DNA of 64,000 bases, from assembly GCA_025786725.1 (NCBI GenBank), contig JAHLTZ010000053.1, positions 1-64,000 of the forward strand, read 5' to 3'. The translations under genes were made by a program, and so were the position numbers. This DNA is from Syncephalis fuscata S228. Its lineage: Eukaryota > Fungi > Zoopagomycota. The notes below the pieces were generated by a model, which was given only the letters and a program-made list of their open reading frames with translations, was not told where the DNA came from and did not search any database. Of the stretch, positions 42,121-56,080 are shown piece by piece (position 1 is the first letter of the stretch; each line of letters opens with the position of its first letter).

Positions 42121-44780
42121 ATGAAGCTTTCTATTGCCGTCGTTTGCACCATTGTCGTTGCGCTTGTGGCCGTTACAGCCATGGTGGATGCTAAACCAGC
42201 CTTAGTTCGTCGTGGTGGTATGTTGCAATAACATAAATATGCCATAGTTTTATATTTACTAACAGTATTTCTAAATAATAATTACAATAGATCGTAAGTT
42301 ATATTGTATATTAGCTAATTACTTACTGATTATATACCATGTACTGTGTTTATAAACAACTAAATATCAATAGCTGGTAGGTTGCGTTACATATTAATAG
42401 GGCATACACTAATTATGTGTTATATACTGTATCTATCAACAACTTAATATTAGCTCAATGTAAGTTGTATTGTATATTAATTTATTACTCACTAATTGCA
42501 TGTTATGCGCCATGTGTACCAACAACGTAATACTAATAGGCGGTAAGTAATACTGTATATTAATTGATTATACATTAATTATATACCATGTATTGTGTAT
42601 ATCAACAATTTAATATTAATAGCTGGTAAGTCGTACTGTATATTAACTTACTATGCGCTAATTGTATACCATGCACCGTGTATATCAATAACAATATTAA
42701 TAGCATGTAAGTTGTATTGTATATTAGTTGAGCATTATTTAACTGTATATTGTGTATTATATGTATCAATAACTTGATAATAATAGGCGGTAAGTAGCAA
42801 TATATATTGCTGACTTATAAATTAATTGTGTGTCATGCACTGTGCGTATCAATAATTTGATGGAATAGTTGGCAAGTAACATTACATATTCACTGATTAT
42901 ACACTAATTATATCCATGCATTGCGTGTTTCAATAACTTAATATTAATAGAAAGTAAGTTGTATCGTATATTAGCTAATTACTTACTAATTATACCCATG
43001 TATTGCGTGCATCAACAAATATTAATAGACTGTAAGTAGCATTGTATATTGGTTGACTATGCATTAACTATGCTATTTACTGATTGTATCGATTATTTAA
43101 TATTAATAGGCAGTAAGTGGTATTTTATATTAACTGCCCATATATTAACTGCTATTTATTGATTGTACCAATTGTTTAATATTAATAGAGAGTAAGCAAT
43201 ATTGTATATTAACTGACTATATATTAACTGCTATTTACTAATTGTACCAATTGTTTAATACTAATAGGAAGTAAGTTGTACTGTGTATTAACTGACTATA
43301 CATTAACTATGCTATTTACTAATTGTATCAATTGTTTAATACTAATAGGAAGTAAGTTGTATCGTGTATTAACCGACTATATATTAACTGCTATTTACTG
43401 ATTGTACCAATTGTTTAATATTAATAGCTGGTAAGTAGTATTATATAACAATGAACTATAAATTAATCACATTTTATTGATTGATTGACCGATTATTCAA
43501 TACTAATAGGCTGTAAGTAGTATTATATATTAATTAACCATGCATTAACTAAGCTATTTATTGATAATATTAATTATTTAATATTAATAGTGGGTAAGTA
43601 TTATTGTATTTTAATTAACTATACATTAACTATACTAATTACTAATAATATTAACTATTTAATATTAATAGATTGTAAGTGATATTATATATTAATTGAT
43701 TATTTACCAATCGTATATGATGTACTATGCGCGTCAACAACTCAATATAATAGGGGGTAAGTGATATTGTATATTAATTATGTTATTTACCAACTGTACT
43801 GATTATTTGATACTAATAGGCAGTAAGTAGTATTATATATTAATTAACTATGCATTAAATATGTTATTTACTGATTACACCAACTATTTAATATTAATAG
43901 AATGTAAGTTTTATTGTATATTAGTTAACTATACATTAACTCTGATATTAACTGATTATACCGATTATTTATATTAATAGGTCGTAAGTGGTATTGTGTA
44001 TTAATTAACTATAGATTAACTGATATTTACTGGTTGTACCAAATACTTAATATTAATAGGAAGTAAGTTATATTGCGTACTAGCTAACTATATATTAACT
44101 GCTATTTACTACTTGTACCAATTATTTAATATCAATAGATGGTAAGTGGTATTGTGTAGTAACTAACTATGCATTAACTATTATATTTACTAATTGTGCC
44201 AACTATTTAATATTAATAGGCAGTAAGTAGCACTGTATATTGACTAATTACTCACTAATCACATGCTATTTACTGATTGTACCAATTATTTAATATTAAT
44301 AGGCTGTAAGTGGTATTGTATATTAACTGCCTATATATTAACTGCTATTTATTGACTGTACCAATTATTTAATATTAATAGGCAGTAAGTGGTATTGTGT
44401 AGTAACTGACTATATATTAACTATTATATTTACTGATTGTGCCAATTATTTAATATTAATAGGAAGTAAGTTGTACTGTGTATTAACTGACTATATATTA
44501 ACTTCTATTTACTGATTGTATCAATTGTTTAATATTAATAGCGAGTAAGTTGTATCGTGTATTAACTGACTATATATTAACTGCTATTTACTGATTGTGT
44601 CAATTGTTTAATATTAATAGTTTGTAAGTAATATTCTATATTAATTGACTATAAACTAATCACATGTTATTCACTATATATATCAATAACTTAATAATAA
44701 TAGGCTGTAAGTAGCATTATATATTGATGGCTTATGCATTAATTATATGTCATGTAATATCTTTATTTGTAAATACAGGA
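42121..44780 (+). CDS. Secreted 64-aa Cys-rich prepropeptide encoded by exon 1, 31 micro-exons (30 x 3 nt, 1 x 6 nt) and a terminal exon
   Basis: Exon 1 is 42121-42217. Micro-exons start at 42291, 42374, 42454 (6 nt), 42540, 42623, 42704, 42787, 42869, 42951, 43029, 43110, 43189, 43268, 43349, 43428, 43510, 43591, 43672, 43754, 43820, 43901, 43981, 44060, 44139, 44220, 44303, 44382, 44463, 44542, 44621 and 44704. The last exon starts at 44779. Each micro-exon sits in TAG|NNN|GTAAG(T) context (one GTAGGT and one GCAAGT donor). Product: MKLSIAVVCTIVVALVAVTAMVDAKPALVRRGDPAQCAACVENCKRRTGLDWGKCRNGSCRTIC*. Confidence 0.85.
42294..44778 (+). repeat. Tandem array of ~31 related units of ~80 bp (intron plus 3-nt exon)
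   Basis: Consensus approximately GTAAGT.GTATTGTATATTAACTGACTATATATTAACTGCTATTTACTGATTGTACCAATTATTTAATATTAATAG-NNN; introns are 63-80 nt. Confidence 0.95.
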
Positions 44781-46276
44781 TAATCGATGGTCTCAAGACA
44801 TTAGCATTGGTAGTGCAATCAAGCCACTATTCCAATACACTTTAGGTATATATTCGGTGAAAAGCAAGACCATTTGACAATTACGCCGTCCAGTCCACCT
44901 ATATATCAAGTTTTGGCTAATGCTCCGGTTTACCCAGTCTTTAACCAATGGAATCATTATGTTACCAACAAGCTTGCAATCAGTTGTCTCTATTCAACTT
45001 TGCAAGCTTATAGTAATAAACCTATGGTTTCATCTTAACTATATACAATCAAATTGCTATATCTATAACCATGTTTTATTTACATTCGATAATTAACAAC
45101 TATTAATCAAATAGTTAAATTAACAAAATGTATATGATCATATCACCTAAGCTATAGGCATAGATTGGTATGAATAGTAGCAAAGCTATCATTATCATAT
45201 AGCCAAATAATAGTATGCTGAAACTAGAATAAAAACGCTTTTTTAATAGAACATGGCAATAAAGCATAGGATATTATAATACAAAATAAATAGACAAATC
45301 AAATACGTGAATAGTGATAGTGAAACTATACTGTATGCAATTGGCCAAGAGTAATGAACTAAATGAATCAAAATCTGCTAAAAGAATACAGTTAGCAATG
45401 AGCTTTTAGCCTTTGTTAGTATAATTTTTACAATTTACAATATTAATGGTATAGATGGTCATATAGTACAAATACACAGGATAGATATGCACAGTACAAT
45501 AATAATGATAAATAAATAGCTTAATAATCAATGACACTCAACAGCCAGTTTCATTTTCAATAAAGCGGATATTTTGTTTAAATGTGTGGCTATTATAGCT
45601 ATTTAACTGCCAAGTCACATCAAACAACCAATAGTGTGCTTAATATTATCAAAAAAGTTATTTTATTTAGTTAATAAAAATATTATAAGATTCAATACAA
45701 ATCAAGTGGTTTAAATGATCCGTCACAGCACCCTTTTAAGCTTTTTTTGCCATGTTCCATGACTTTTTTAAATTGGAACATTGGAGCGATTACTGCGACA
45801 TTTAAAAGTAGATGTTACGAGTAGATTGTTATAGTTTATCAATGACAAATGCCATGTTGACGGTTTTATTTTGCATATCTTTACTCTTGCTTGATAAACC
45901 AACTAATTAATTTAAGTTGATCAAAGCAATAACACTTTTATGTAATTTATAATTATTTAATTGCTAAATCTGATATTTGAAATGCTCTAAATAAGCCAAT
46001 CTAATCTTATTTGTTGGTTATTTTTTTGCTTGCATTAAAATTTATTTATTTATTTTAATGTTTGTTTCATTAGTTGTTTGTTTTTATTTTTCAATAAAGA
46101 CATTTATTTTAACATTAACTACTATGCCAACATTATTATTCTAATTTTTACAGAGCATGTTTTTTATTGTATTTTTTGAGTTGCATTTGCTACAATTAAC
46201 TAAACTATGTAAATAAACAAAGTTTTAAATTAAAATTCGTTGCATTTATTGTAATTGGCTTTTTCAAATTTTCTCT

Positions 46277-47055
46277 ATTTTACTTTGACGCTCATATTTT
46301 GAGCCCTTAAAGCAAAACTCATTCCAATTGAAGTCGCACTGCTATACATAACAATTATATTGTTTTTTATTAAATATTGTTAATAAATTGATTTAAATAA
46401 GCAATACAATATAGTATTTGATTTCTTTGAAATGTTTGAGGCCGATTATTATTGTTGTTGGCTATGTGTAGAAAAATTGATTGGATATTAATAAAAGTCA
46501 TATAATTGATTTTATATCGTTTCATAGTTGTTATTGCTGTTACTATGTACAGTGTGGTTTATTGCGTTTAAATGGTCTCTTCTATTTTCCAATCTTCTAC
46601 TGTCGCATTTGGGGAGATTTGCAATGTGAGATACTCGTCTATGGTGACAAAAAGGTAGGACGACTAACGTTTCTAATGTTCACTACTCTCTTGAACATCC
46701 TTGGTATTAACTTGATAGACGGAGTTTATTTACCAATCATTGATAAAGCAAATCGACCTCCACCATATGCAATAATAATAGGTTGAGTGTTTTCACTAGA
46801 AAGATATTGTGGTGACAGTTGTAACCAGAATATACGGCATGCCGTTGAGGTTACTTGAACAGATGTTGATGTAAATAAGAGAAATAAATACTAGTGATTG
46901 AATATGTTATTTATTGATGTTTATATATACATGCTATTTATATTGTTATATTTAACATTATCACATAATATATTAATGAGTAAAACAATAGGATAGCAAT
47001 AGGAAAAGGAAATGAAATAAGTAAATAAAAATGTGGGAATCAAAGTACAATAGCT
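46277..47055 (-). mobile_element. TIR-bounded element with Fanzor/TnpB relic (copy 4), direct repeat of copy 3
   Basis: ~46413-47047 is nearly identical to ~39652-40285 (ORFs 39720 and 46481 are near-identical). Ends ATTTTACTTTGACGCTC and GAATCAAAGTACAATAGCT. Confidence 0.75.
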
Positions 47056-47701
47056 TCTTAGTGTTAAATAATTTATTAGTAGACCCATATGATTCAGTGT
47101 CAAAAGACTAAAATTGACATATTTAATTGAACTACGCATTTGTTATTCTACTAAACATGGAACTAGGTGGTGAGTTATATTAAATATCAAAATTATAATG
47201 CTTTGAGTACTTCAAAGCAATAATATAAATTAACATTTATTTATACTATTATTTATCTATTTATTATATTTTATTGCTAGTAACATGAAGTAATATTTAA
47301 AACTTACTTCGATATTGAAAATAGTACGGAGTTGACATAGCGCCACTTCAACAAATAATAATTTTAATATCAAAAACTGATTGATGATCTATTGTTTAAT
47401 TTATTAATCTTCTTTATCCCTCAGTTTGAGGCTAAGTGGCATAAAGTAAAATAGCTTTTGGAAGATAAAAAGGGCAAAATATGAATATCGTCATTATTGG
47501 TAATGGGTGGGAGTCTGAGTTGTCGGATTACGATGAAATTAACCGAATAGATGATACGATCAGTAATGATAGTAATAGTAATAATAGTTAGTAATAGTGA
47601 TATAATGATAATATGTAGTGGTACAATTTGACTTTTGTCACCGACCAGCGCTTCTCTTTTTCTTTTGCGGCTTTCCTTGGTTCTTTCTTTTTGATATAAT
47701 T

Positions 47702-49448
<1,747 letters not shown>

Positions 49449-49704
49449 TTAATCTCCTGCTTATGTGCGTGTATGCGTCACTAGAATGCTTATCTGACAA
49501 TGGCTACACACTTGTCAACATCAATAAACACGTAATGATCGCTGTTATACCTAAATAAGATGGTGTAATTTACTAATGAATGAGAAAGAAAAGAAAAAAT
49601 GTAATATCAACATTATAATAATTGTAATAATTCAAAGCATATATATTTTCTATGAAAAAGACTGAAAATAACAAAAATAAAAGACAGTTACGCAAATAAT
49701 GGTC

Positions 49705-51228
49705 CTATCCACAATTATATTGATGATAATCAGGTAATGATTGTATTAGTGTACGTTTACCGTCGTCTATCAAGGTAACAAGTGCACTGCGCACTTTAAT
49801 TAGACACGGCAATCGACAGAATCGTAATTGCCAAGGCGCATAGGCTGTACGGAACTTTTGCCATATCATAATACTAAGTGTATCGTGATAGAGATACGTA
49901 CCACAGTGCCAACAAGTATCGCCTGTTGCATCAAGTAATGATGTAGTACCATCCAATCTACTCGATTGACGTAATCCAATAGGCAAATGATGTGGCATTG
50001 TTGTAGTTGTAGTTGTAGTTGTAGTTGCTGAGTAGTTATTCTGTTGACCCACTAGTTGTATACACTGTGAATAGAGACCGTAATTATGTGCATAGACTTG
50101 AAATGGTACTTGATATACACCACGCTTACTTCGTCTCTTTCTTAGTTGTGATGGCTGTACACCCTCAAACTTAACTGGTAATCCTGTCCACCATTCATGA
50201 CTAGGCAATGCATCATTGGTATCGATATCAATAGATGTATCGATATCAATAGATGTATCGATATCATTTATAGTGGTGGCACTATGTGAAATGGTCGATG
50301 AATTCGGATCTACTATCGTGTGAAATTGTCGTAACCAAAAGGGACATGGTCGATCTTCAATCATCGGCATACTAGATGTTTTAGATTCTCTTGAATGTTC
50401 ATCATCCAATCGAATGGTTGGTGCAATCATTAATGGATTATCTTTAAACCAAAAGCATACTAGCAATGCTTGTTGACATAATTCAGCCGGTAATGACTTT
50501 AGTCGATTACCGGAAACATCAAGTGAACACAAATCTTTGAGTTCAGCCAATTCTTGTGGCAAGTGTTCCAAGCAATTATTATAAAGATTAAGATTATTAA
50601 GTCGTTTCAATTGTGAAATGCCTTTGGGCAGTGTACATAATTGATTGTTGGATAGATCCAACTCTTCCAATCCAGCTAATCCATAAATAGAGGTTGATAA
50701 TTGAGTAATACAATTATTACCAAGTCTTAGAATACGTAATTGTTGAAGTTGAGGCAATGCCAGTGTTAAAACACGCTAAATAATAACCATTAATATTTAT
50801 ACAAATATATACATATGGATATTACTTACAAAATTGGTAATATGTTGCCGTGTTAACTGAATCATATTTGTGGCCGTAAATGGTACTTGAATAGTTTCAA
50901 CCGGTGTAGTTAACTTTGGTCTCGTTGTTGATAGTCGTGATGACCTCGTTGACCGCTTCCCTTCTGATAGAGGCGGCGATGGCAGTTGCGTATATTGAGA
51001 CGTCATATTGATTGGTATGTTTTGAGAAGTGATATGCTGTAACGGTTGATCGTTCTTATTATAGTCATTAGTCTGTCCCGTAGTAGCTGCCATTGCTATC
51101 GCTTCATCGTAGTCTGACGTATCTTCATCAATTGGCTGCAATCTCTCCTCGCTATAATAACGAGACAGTGTATAGCCATCCTCGTTGTCTGCCCGCAAAC
51201 TCCAAAGAATGATTTCATTACACGTCAT
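49705..51228 (-). CDS. Leucine-rich repeat protein
   Basis: Two exons (intron 50776-50829). LxxLxLxxNxL repeats (LEELDLSNNQLCTLP, LNLYNNCLEHLP, LDVSGNRLKSLP) and a C-terminal CxxC...CxxxC segment. Confidence 0.8.
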
Positions 51229-51553
51229 AGTTAAAGATAGAAGAATGCCCGCTAATCAGTAGAAATAACCATTAATGCAGTATCTCATTCAGACGCAATA
51301 GATAAGCTGTTGAATACTTGATCAACTAGGCAATGCTATGCTTACTGACTAGAAGAATAAGTCAGTGTGTGCTGTGTAAGGGGAAAAGAAAAAGAAACGT
51401 TGGTCACCGTTAAGAACGAGAGAGTTGCGGTATTTTGACCACTGTTCTATTGGTAACAATAGTAAAATATGATTAATATTATCGCCGCCTTCTTATCGTT
51501 TAAAACTTTTCCTTCTTTTTATTCTATTACTGTACAAGAATATACAAAGTGTG

Positions 51554-53776
51554 ATGTCGACCGACCGTACACTAGCTATTGTCGATAATGGGGCTTACAG
51601 TATTAAGGCCGGGGTGATGGGCCGCGATGAACAGCCACAGTAAGTGGAAAGAGTACAGGAAGGGACGCAGTGTGACGCTTGCACAGTACAGTCGTGATTA
51701 ATAGACCTTTATCAACGGTATAGCGTAATGCCTAACTGCTTGGCTAAAGTAAAAGGGGCACGGCAATGGCTTGTAGCGGATGAGTTGAATTCTACGCATA
51801 ATTATGCTGGTCTTTACTATCGATTGCCCTTTGAAAAGGTAATACTAATAGTGAAGTAGCTAATAAATAGTAATTAACATAGAACTAATGTTAACTAGGG
51901 TATTCTAGTTGATTGGGATGTTGAACGTACTGTTTGGGAACGACTATTTTCATCAAATCTATTAAATGTAAGTTAAAAAGAGATATGTAAATACAAATGG
52001 TTAATCAATTATATTACAGTGTAATCTTGATACAACGTGGTTATGGTTGACTGAACCTTGTTTAAATCTACCCAATGTACAAGAAACATATGATCAAGTA
52101 TTATTTGAAGAGTTTGGACTGGATGGATATGCACGCCACACAGGTAATTAGATGAATATATATATGTGTGTGTGTAGTTATTAATATAATCAATTGTATA
52201 GCACCGGAATGGTGTATTAGAAATGATTTAAGTAATTTATTTAACGATTCAATAGCACCTTCAGTCAATGAATTAAATACAGCCACCATATCAACTATGC
52301 CTGATACAAATATATACGATAGAGACTGTGTACTTATTGTAGATGTTGGTTACTCGTTTACCCATGCTGTTCCATTTCTAAATGGACAAATGATTAGTAG
52401 TGCTATTAGAAGGTAAATCTGGCTAATTAACAGCCATAATGTTGATCTTACTAAACTATTACAGATTAAATGTAGGAGGCAAATTCTTAACAAATCATTT
52501 AAAAGAGATGATTTCATTTAGGTAATTATTAGTAATATACGAGCTATCTAAAGTTGTATTTAATAATATTGATATTAGACAGTGGAATATGATGGATGAA
52601 ACGTATTTAGTTAATCAAATTAAAGAAACGTGCTGTTTTGTATCTTCAGATATCTATCGTGATCTTCGTATCTGTCAGTAAGTATTTGTATCATTTAAAT
52701 ATCCTTTACTAGATAGATAGTTGTAATAATAATAACAATTATCATTATTATGTATAATTTAGAGATAATCCACGATCTAATGACATTTTACAAGCTTATA
52801 TATTACCCGACTTTGTTGATACACATCAAGGCTATGTCAAGGTAAGTAGTAGCAACTTTATAATAATTAATATTTATTGTAATAAAATTAGACACCCGAA
52901 CAAGTGAAATCGGCACCATTGGCCGAAGAACAAGTAAATTAAATCAAATCAGACCAATTCTTTGTATTCCTAATTGTACTTATTGTTTCAGGTGTTATGG
53001 ATGAATAATGAGCGATTCACCGTGCCTGAGGTACTATTCCATCCCTCAGATATTGGTTAGTATGAATAGCTAAAGAGTATTATGGTAGAGTCAATACGAT
53101 AATCTTTACCAAACATAGGTATGTCACAAGCCGGTTTGGCCGAATTAATCCTGCGTGCCGTCCAAGCCACTCCTGAAAGTAAATATAAACGATTTAATAC
53201 GTACCCATGAAGACACTATTTACATAGATTATATATTATAGCATTACACGCTCTATTATATGCCAATATCATTATAGTGGGTGGCAGTGCCCAATATCAA
53301 GGCTTCTATGATCGATTGTAAGTAGAAATAGCGAATATAATAAATGTAATAAATGTAATAAATGTGATATAATATCTGTAATAATTAGATATTCTGAATT
53401 GCGTTCAATTGTACCCTCTGAACACAATCTCCGTATTGCCATGCCTCAAACGTAAGTTAATAACCACGTGTCACAATAAATGGCCTTTTGCATGGCCATT
53501 GCTTTAAATCAACGCTTTGTATCATCGTCCATAGACCACTGATCTAACCTACTACTATTATACTATTATGCCATCCTACTATCATTTATCTCTCTTATCT
53601 CTTTTGTTACACGTTAAAGGCCGGAACAATATGCTTGGCAAGGTGCTTATCACCACATCCATCAACATGCATTGTCGCAGCTAAAAGAAGACATAGTAAC
53701 GCGTGCTGAGTATCAAGAAGAGGGCTCATCTGCACATCATCGTCGTCGTCGTCATCACCGTCGTCGTCGTTATTAA
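51554..53776 (+). CDS. ARP6: Actin-related protein 6 (SWR1 complex)
   Basis: IVDNGAYSIKAG, LYYRLPFEKG.LVDWD, TEP.LN.P, IVDVGYSFTH.VP, NVGGKFLTNHLKE.ISFRQWNMMDET, NERFTVPE.LFHPSDIG, YAWQG, TRAEYQEEG; many short introns. Confidence 0.9.
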
Positions 53777-56080
53777 TATAGTGGCTATTCACTATAACAT
53801 AACATACTATTATAATAAACAAGTTGTTTTTATTTACATGTCATTTAGTTTTACAAAAGCACTTTGAATATCTAACCATGTATTCTTCTCTCTCTATATA
53901 TACACATATATATATATATCATCTAGTATGTATCGACACGATAACCATACTAAATATAAACACGGCTATAACGTTGTTTAATACTGTGTGGGTATATCTG
54001 TCCTTGAAGTGATGAAACTCGCACAATGATTGACTCCTTGTTACTCCTACTGAATAAACGACCTTGATCACACTTTTCTACGTATTATTACTAAAATACT
54101 AAAATAAGTAGCAACTACTACCGATATACACACACACAGCAGTGAATGTGAGAGAACTCGAAAGATAAAAGATGGTCTTCATCATTCACACACGCCTGCA
54201 TCCAACGACAAATCCCTTATATTCCCACCCATAACATCCTCCTTTCCTTTTCTCAACCACTCCTGCTCTTTTCTCTTTTGTTCGCCCGGCCGCTTCATCT
54301 TTCCTCGTTCATCATTGCCTGCTACTCTTACTTTCGTTCATTTCTTTTCATCAGGACTTACTACTTACTACTACTTACTACTACTACTTACTACTACTAC
54401 TACTACTACTTACTACTTTGACATATTTCCACTTGGTTTGTTCGTTTGTGCGTTGTTCGTTTTAGCGCGTACTCCTCCAGTTTGCGACGTCTCTCTGTTG
54501 TAGTAACAACAACAACAGCAGCAATAACACGCCATACTAGCGTTTAGTACGCTCTAAAGCTTTCTCTCACTTTCACTTTCACTTTTTTGTTTAACTTGTG
54601 CGTTTTCGGTCACGCTCGCTCTTCATTATCATCTGAAGCAATTATACCGTTTGGTGTTTGCCACTTGTTTGTTTGTTTGTTTGTCTGTTTGCTCAACCGT
54701 TTATTTGTTTGTCTGTTTGTGTCCGCGTCCATTGACTCGGTCATAGCCTTGCCTTTACAGCTATTTGGATTGTCGTGTGATTGTTTGGTATAATAGTGTG
54801 CGTGTGTACCCTTATTATACTAGTATTACAACTTTGGTACACGCCAACTATTAATCCGATCTGCCTCCATTAGCACATCATTGCCATACTCTGCACGCAT
54901 ATACGCAGACACACGTCTCGATTATCACGCGCTCATCTGTTTTTTTTCATTTCACGCTGTGAACTTGACTAAACACACACACACACGCCCATCCACGCAC
55001 ACACTTACACACACATATATATATAACAACTGTGGCCGCTCATCTATCAATAACGGCACAACGATCCACACCTTTTCGGTTACTTTTGAAAAACGTATAC
55101 TTTGATCTTACTGATTACTGTATTGTGCTAGCACAGATCTCTGTTCATCAAACGCAACACTAAAAAATCACTATTATTACTGCTACTGCTACTACTATTA
55201 ACACTCCTACTATACTAGTACTACTATTCCTACATTTGCAACAACAACAACAACAACTATACTGACATTTGCGTGCACTTGCTTCTATTTGGCCTAAATT
55301 ATAACTATTGCCGTTATTAGTGTTATCCATTTATATAACACTACAGATTCGTCCACTTACAAGCAAGACTGCAAGTTTGGAATTGCACCTTCACTCGTTT
55401 CAACTTGTGTGTAGGTAAGCACGAGTAACTTGTTAATACATTTCAACATTGTCTAACTATTAATGTGCATTTATTACACTCGACGTGGATTTATTTCATA
55501 TTATAATTATTATTGATTGGCATTTGTGCTTTAATATTAGTTATCCATTCTTTATCGACGTGTATAGCTTGCCTTTCGTGCAGTTTTTTGTTGCTGTCAT
55601 TACTGCTATTGTCGGTTTATTCTCGTGTGCTTTTCGTTGCAGCAAATACTATTGCTCAGTATTATTTTAAAGGTATGTGCATTAATACTACTATTTAACG
55701 GTCTAGCTATATTAATAAGTCAATAGAGTAACTTGTGATACGAATTTGAACGTCTCCCTCCTTCCTGCCATAATCCGCTGTTATTAGTATTTGAATAACA
55801 TTGCCATTTGTGGTATTAAGCTTTGTGCTTTCTTTCTCGCATTCTTTCTTTTGCTAGACCTTGTTTCCACGCATATTACACCACGCATACTCGCGCACTT
55901 TCCAACTGATTTATTTACTACTACAAACCAACCATTTAAACGCCACCTTTACTACTTGTCCGCGCTCCGATTGCAACGCATTTGACCGGCCAATCTATTA
56001 ACTTGGTTCGATCGACCTTTGAATTTTTTCTGCACTTATACTTGTCTTTGCGCTAGTCGCTTATTTGTTTTTATTTTAAC

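Noticed and set aside
42595-42777. 60-aa ORF inside the array
   Set aside because: Chance read-through of AT-rich introns, with a GTG start and no coding character.
42294-44778. CRISPR array or plain minisatellite reading of the ~80-bp repeat
   Set aside because: Eukaryotic context and no cas genes. The variable part is only 3 nt and is bounded precisely by AG and GT splice signals, and the triplets concatenate into a coherent peptide.
42291-44877. Alternative phase-0 reading of the micro-exons (ILLNALHALKTAREELAWIGANVEMAAAERFADNRW...), which is also open
   Set aside because: The only good donor after exon 1 (G|GTATGT at 42218) fixes phase 1, which gives the six-Cys pattern and an immediate stop. 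I found no phase-0 donor.
50213-50266. 18-bp tandem repeat in the LRR gene (DTSIDI)
   Set aside because: Ordinary in-frame slippage repeat in a linker.
52698-52710. ATATCCTTT inside ARP6 as a second U12 5' splice site
   Set aside because: It lies within an ordinary GTAAGT...AG intron, not at an exon boundary.
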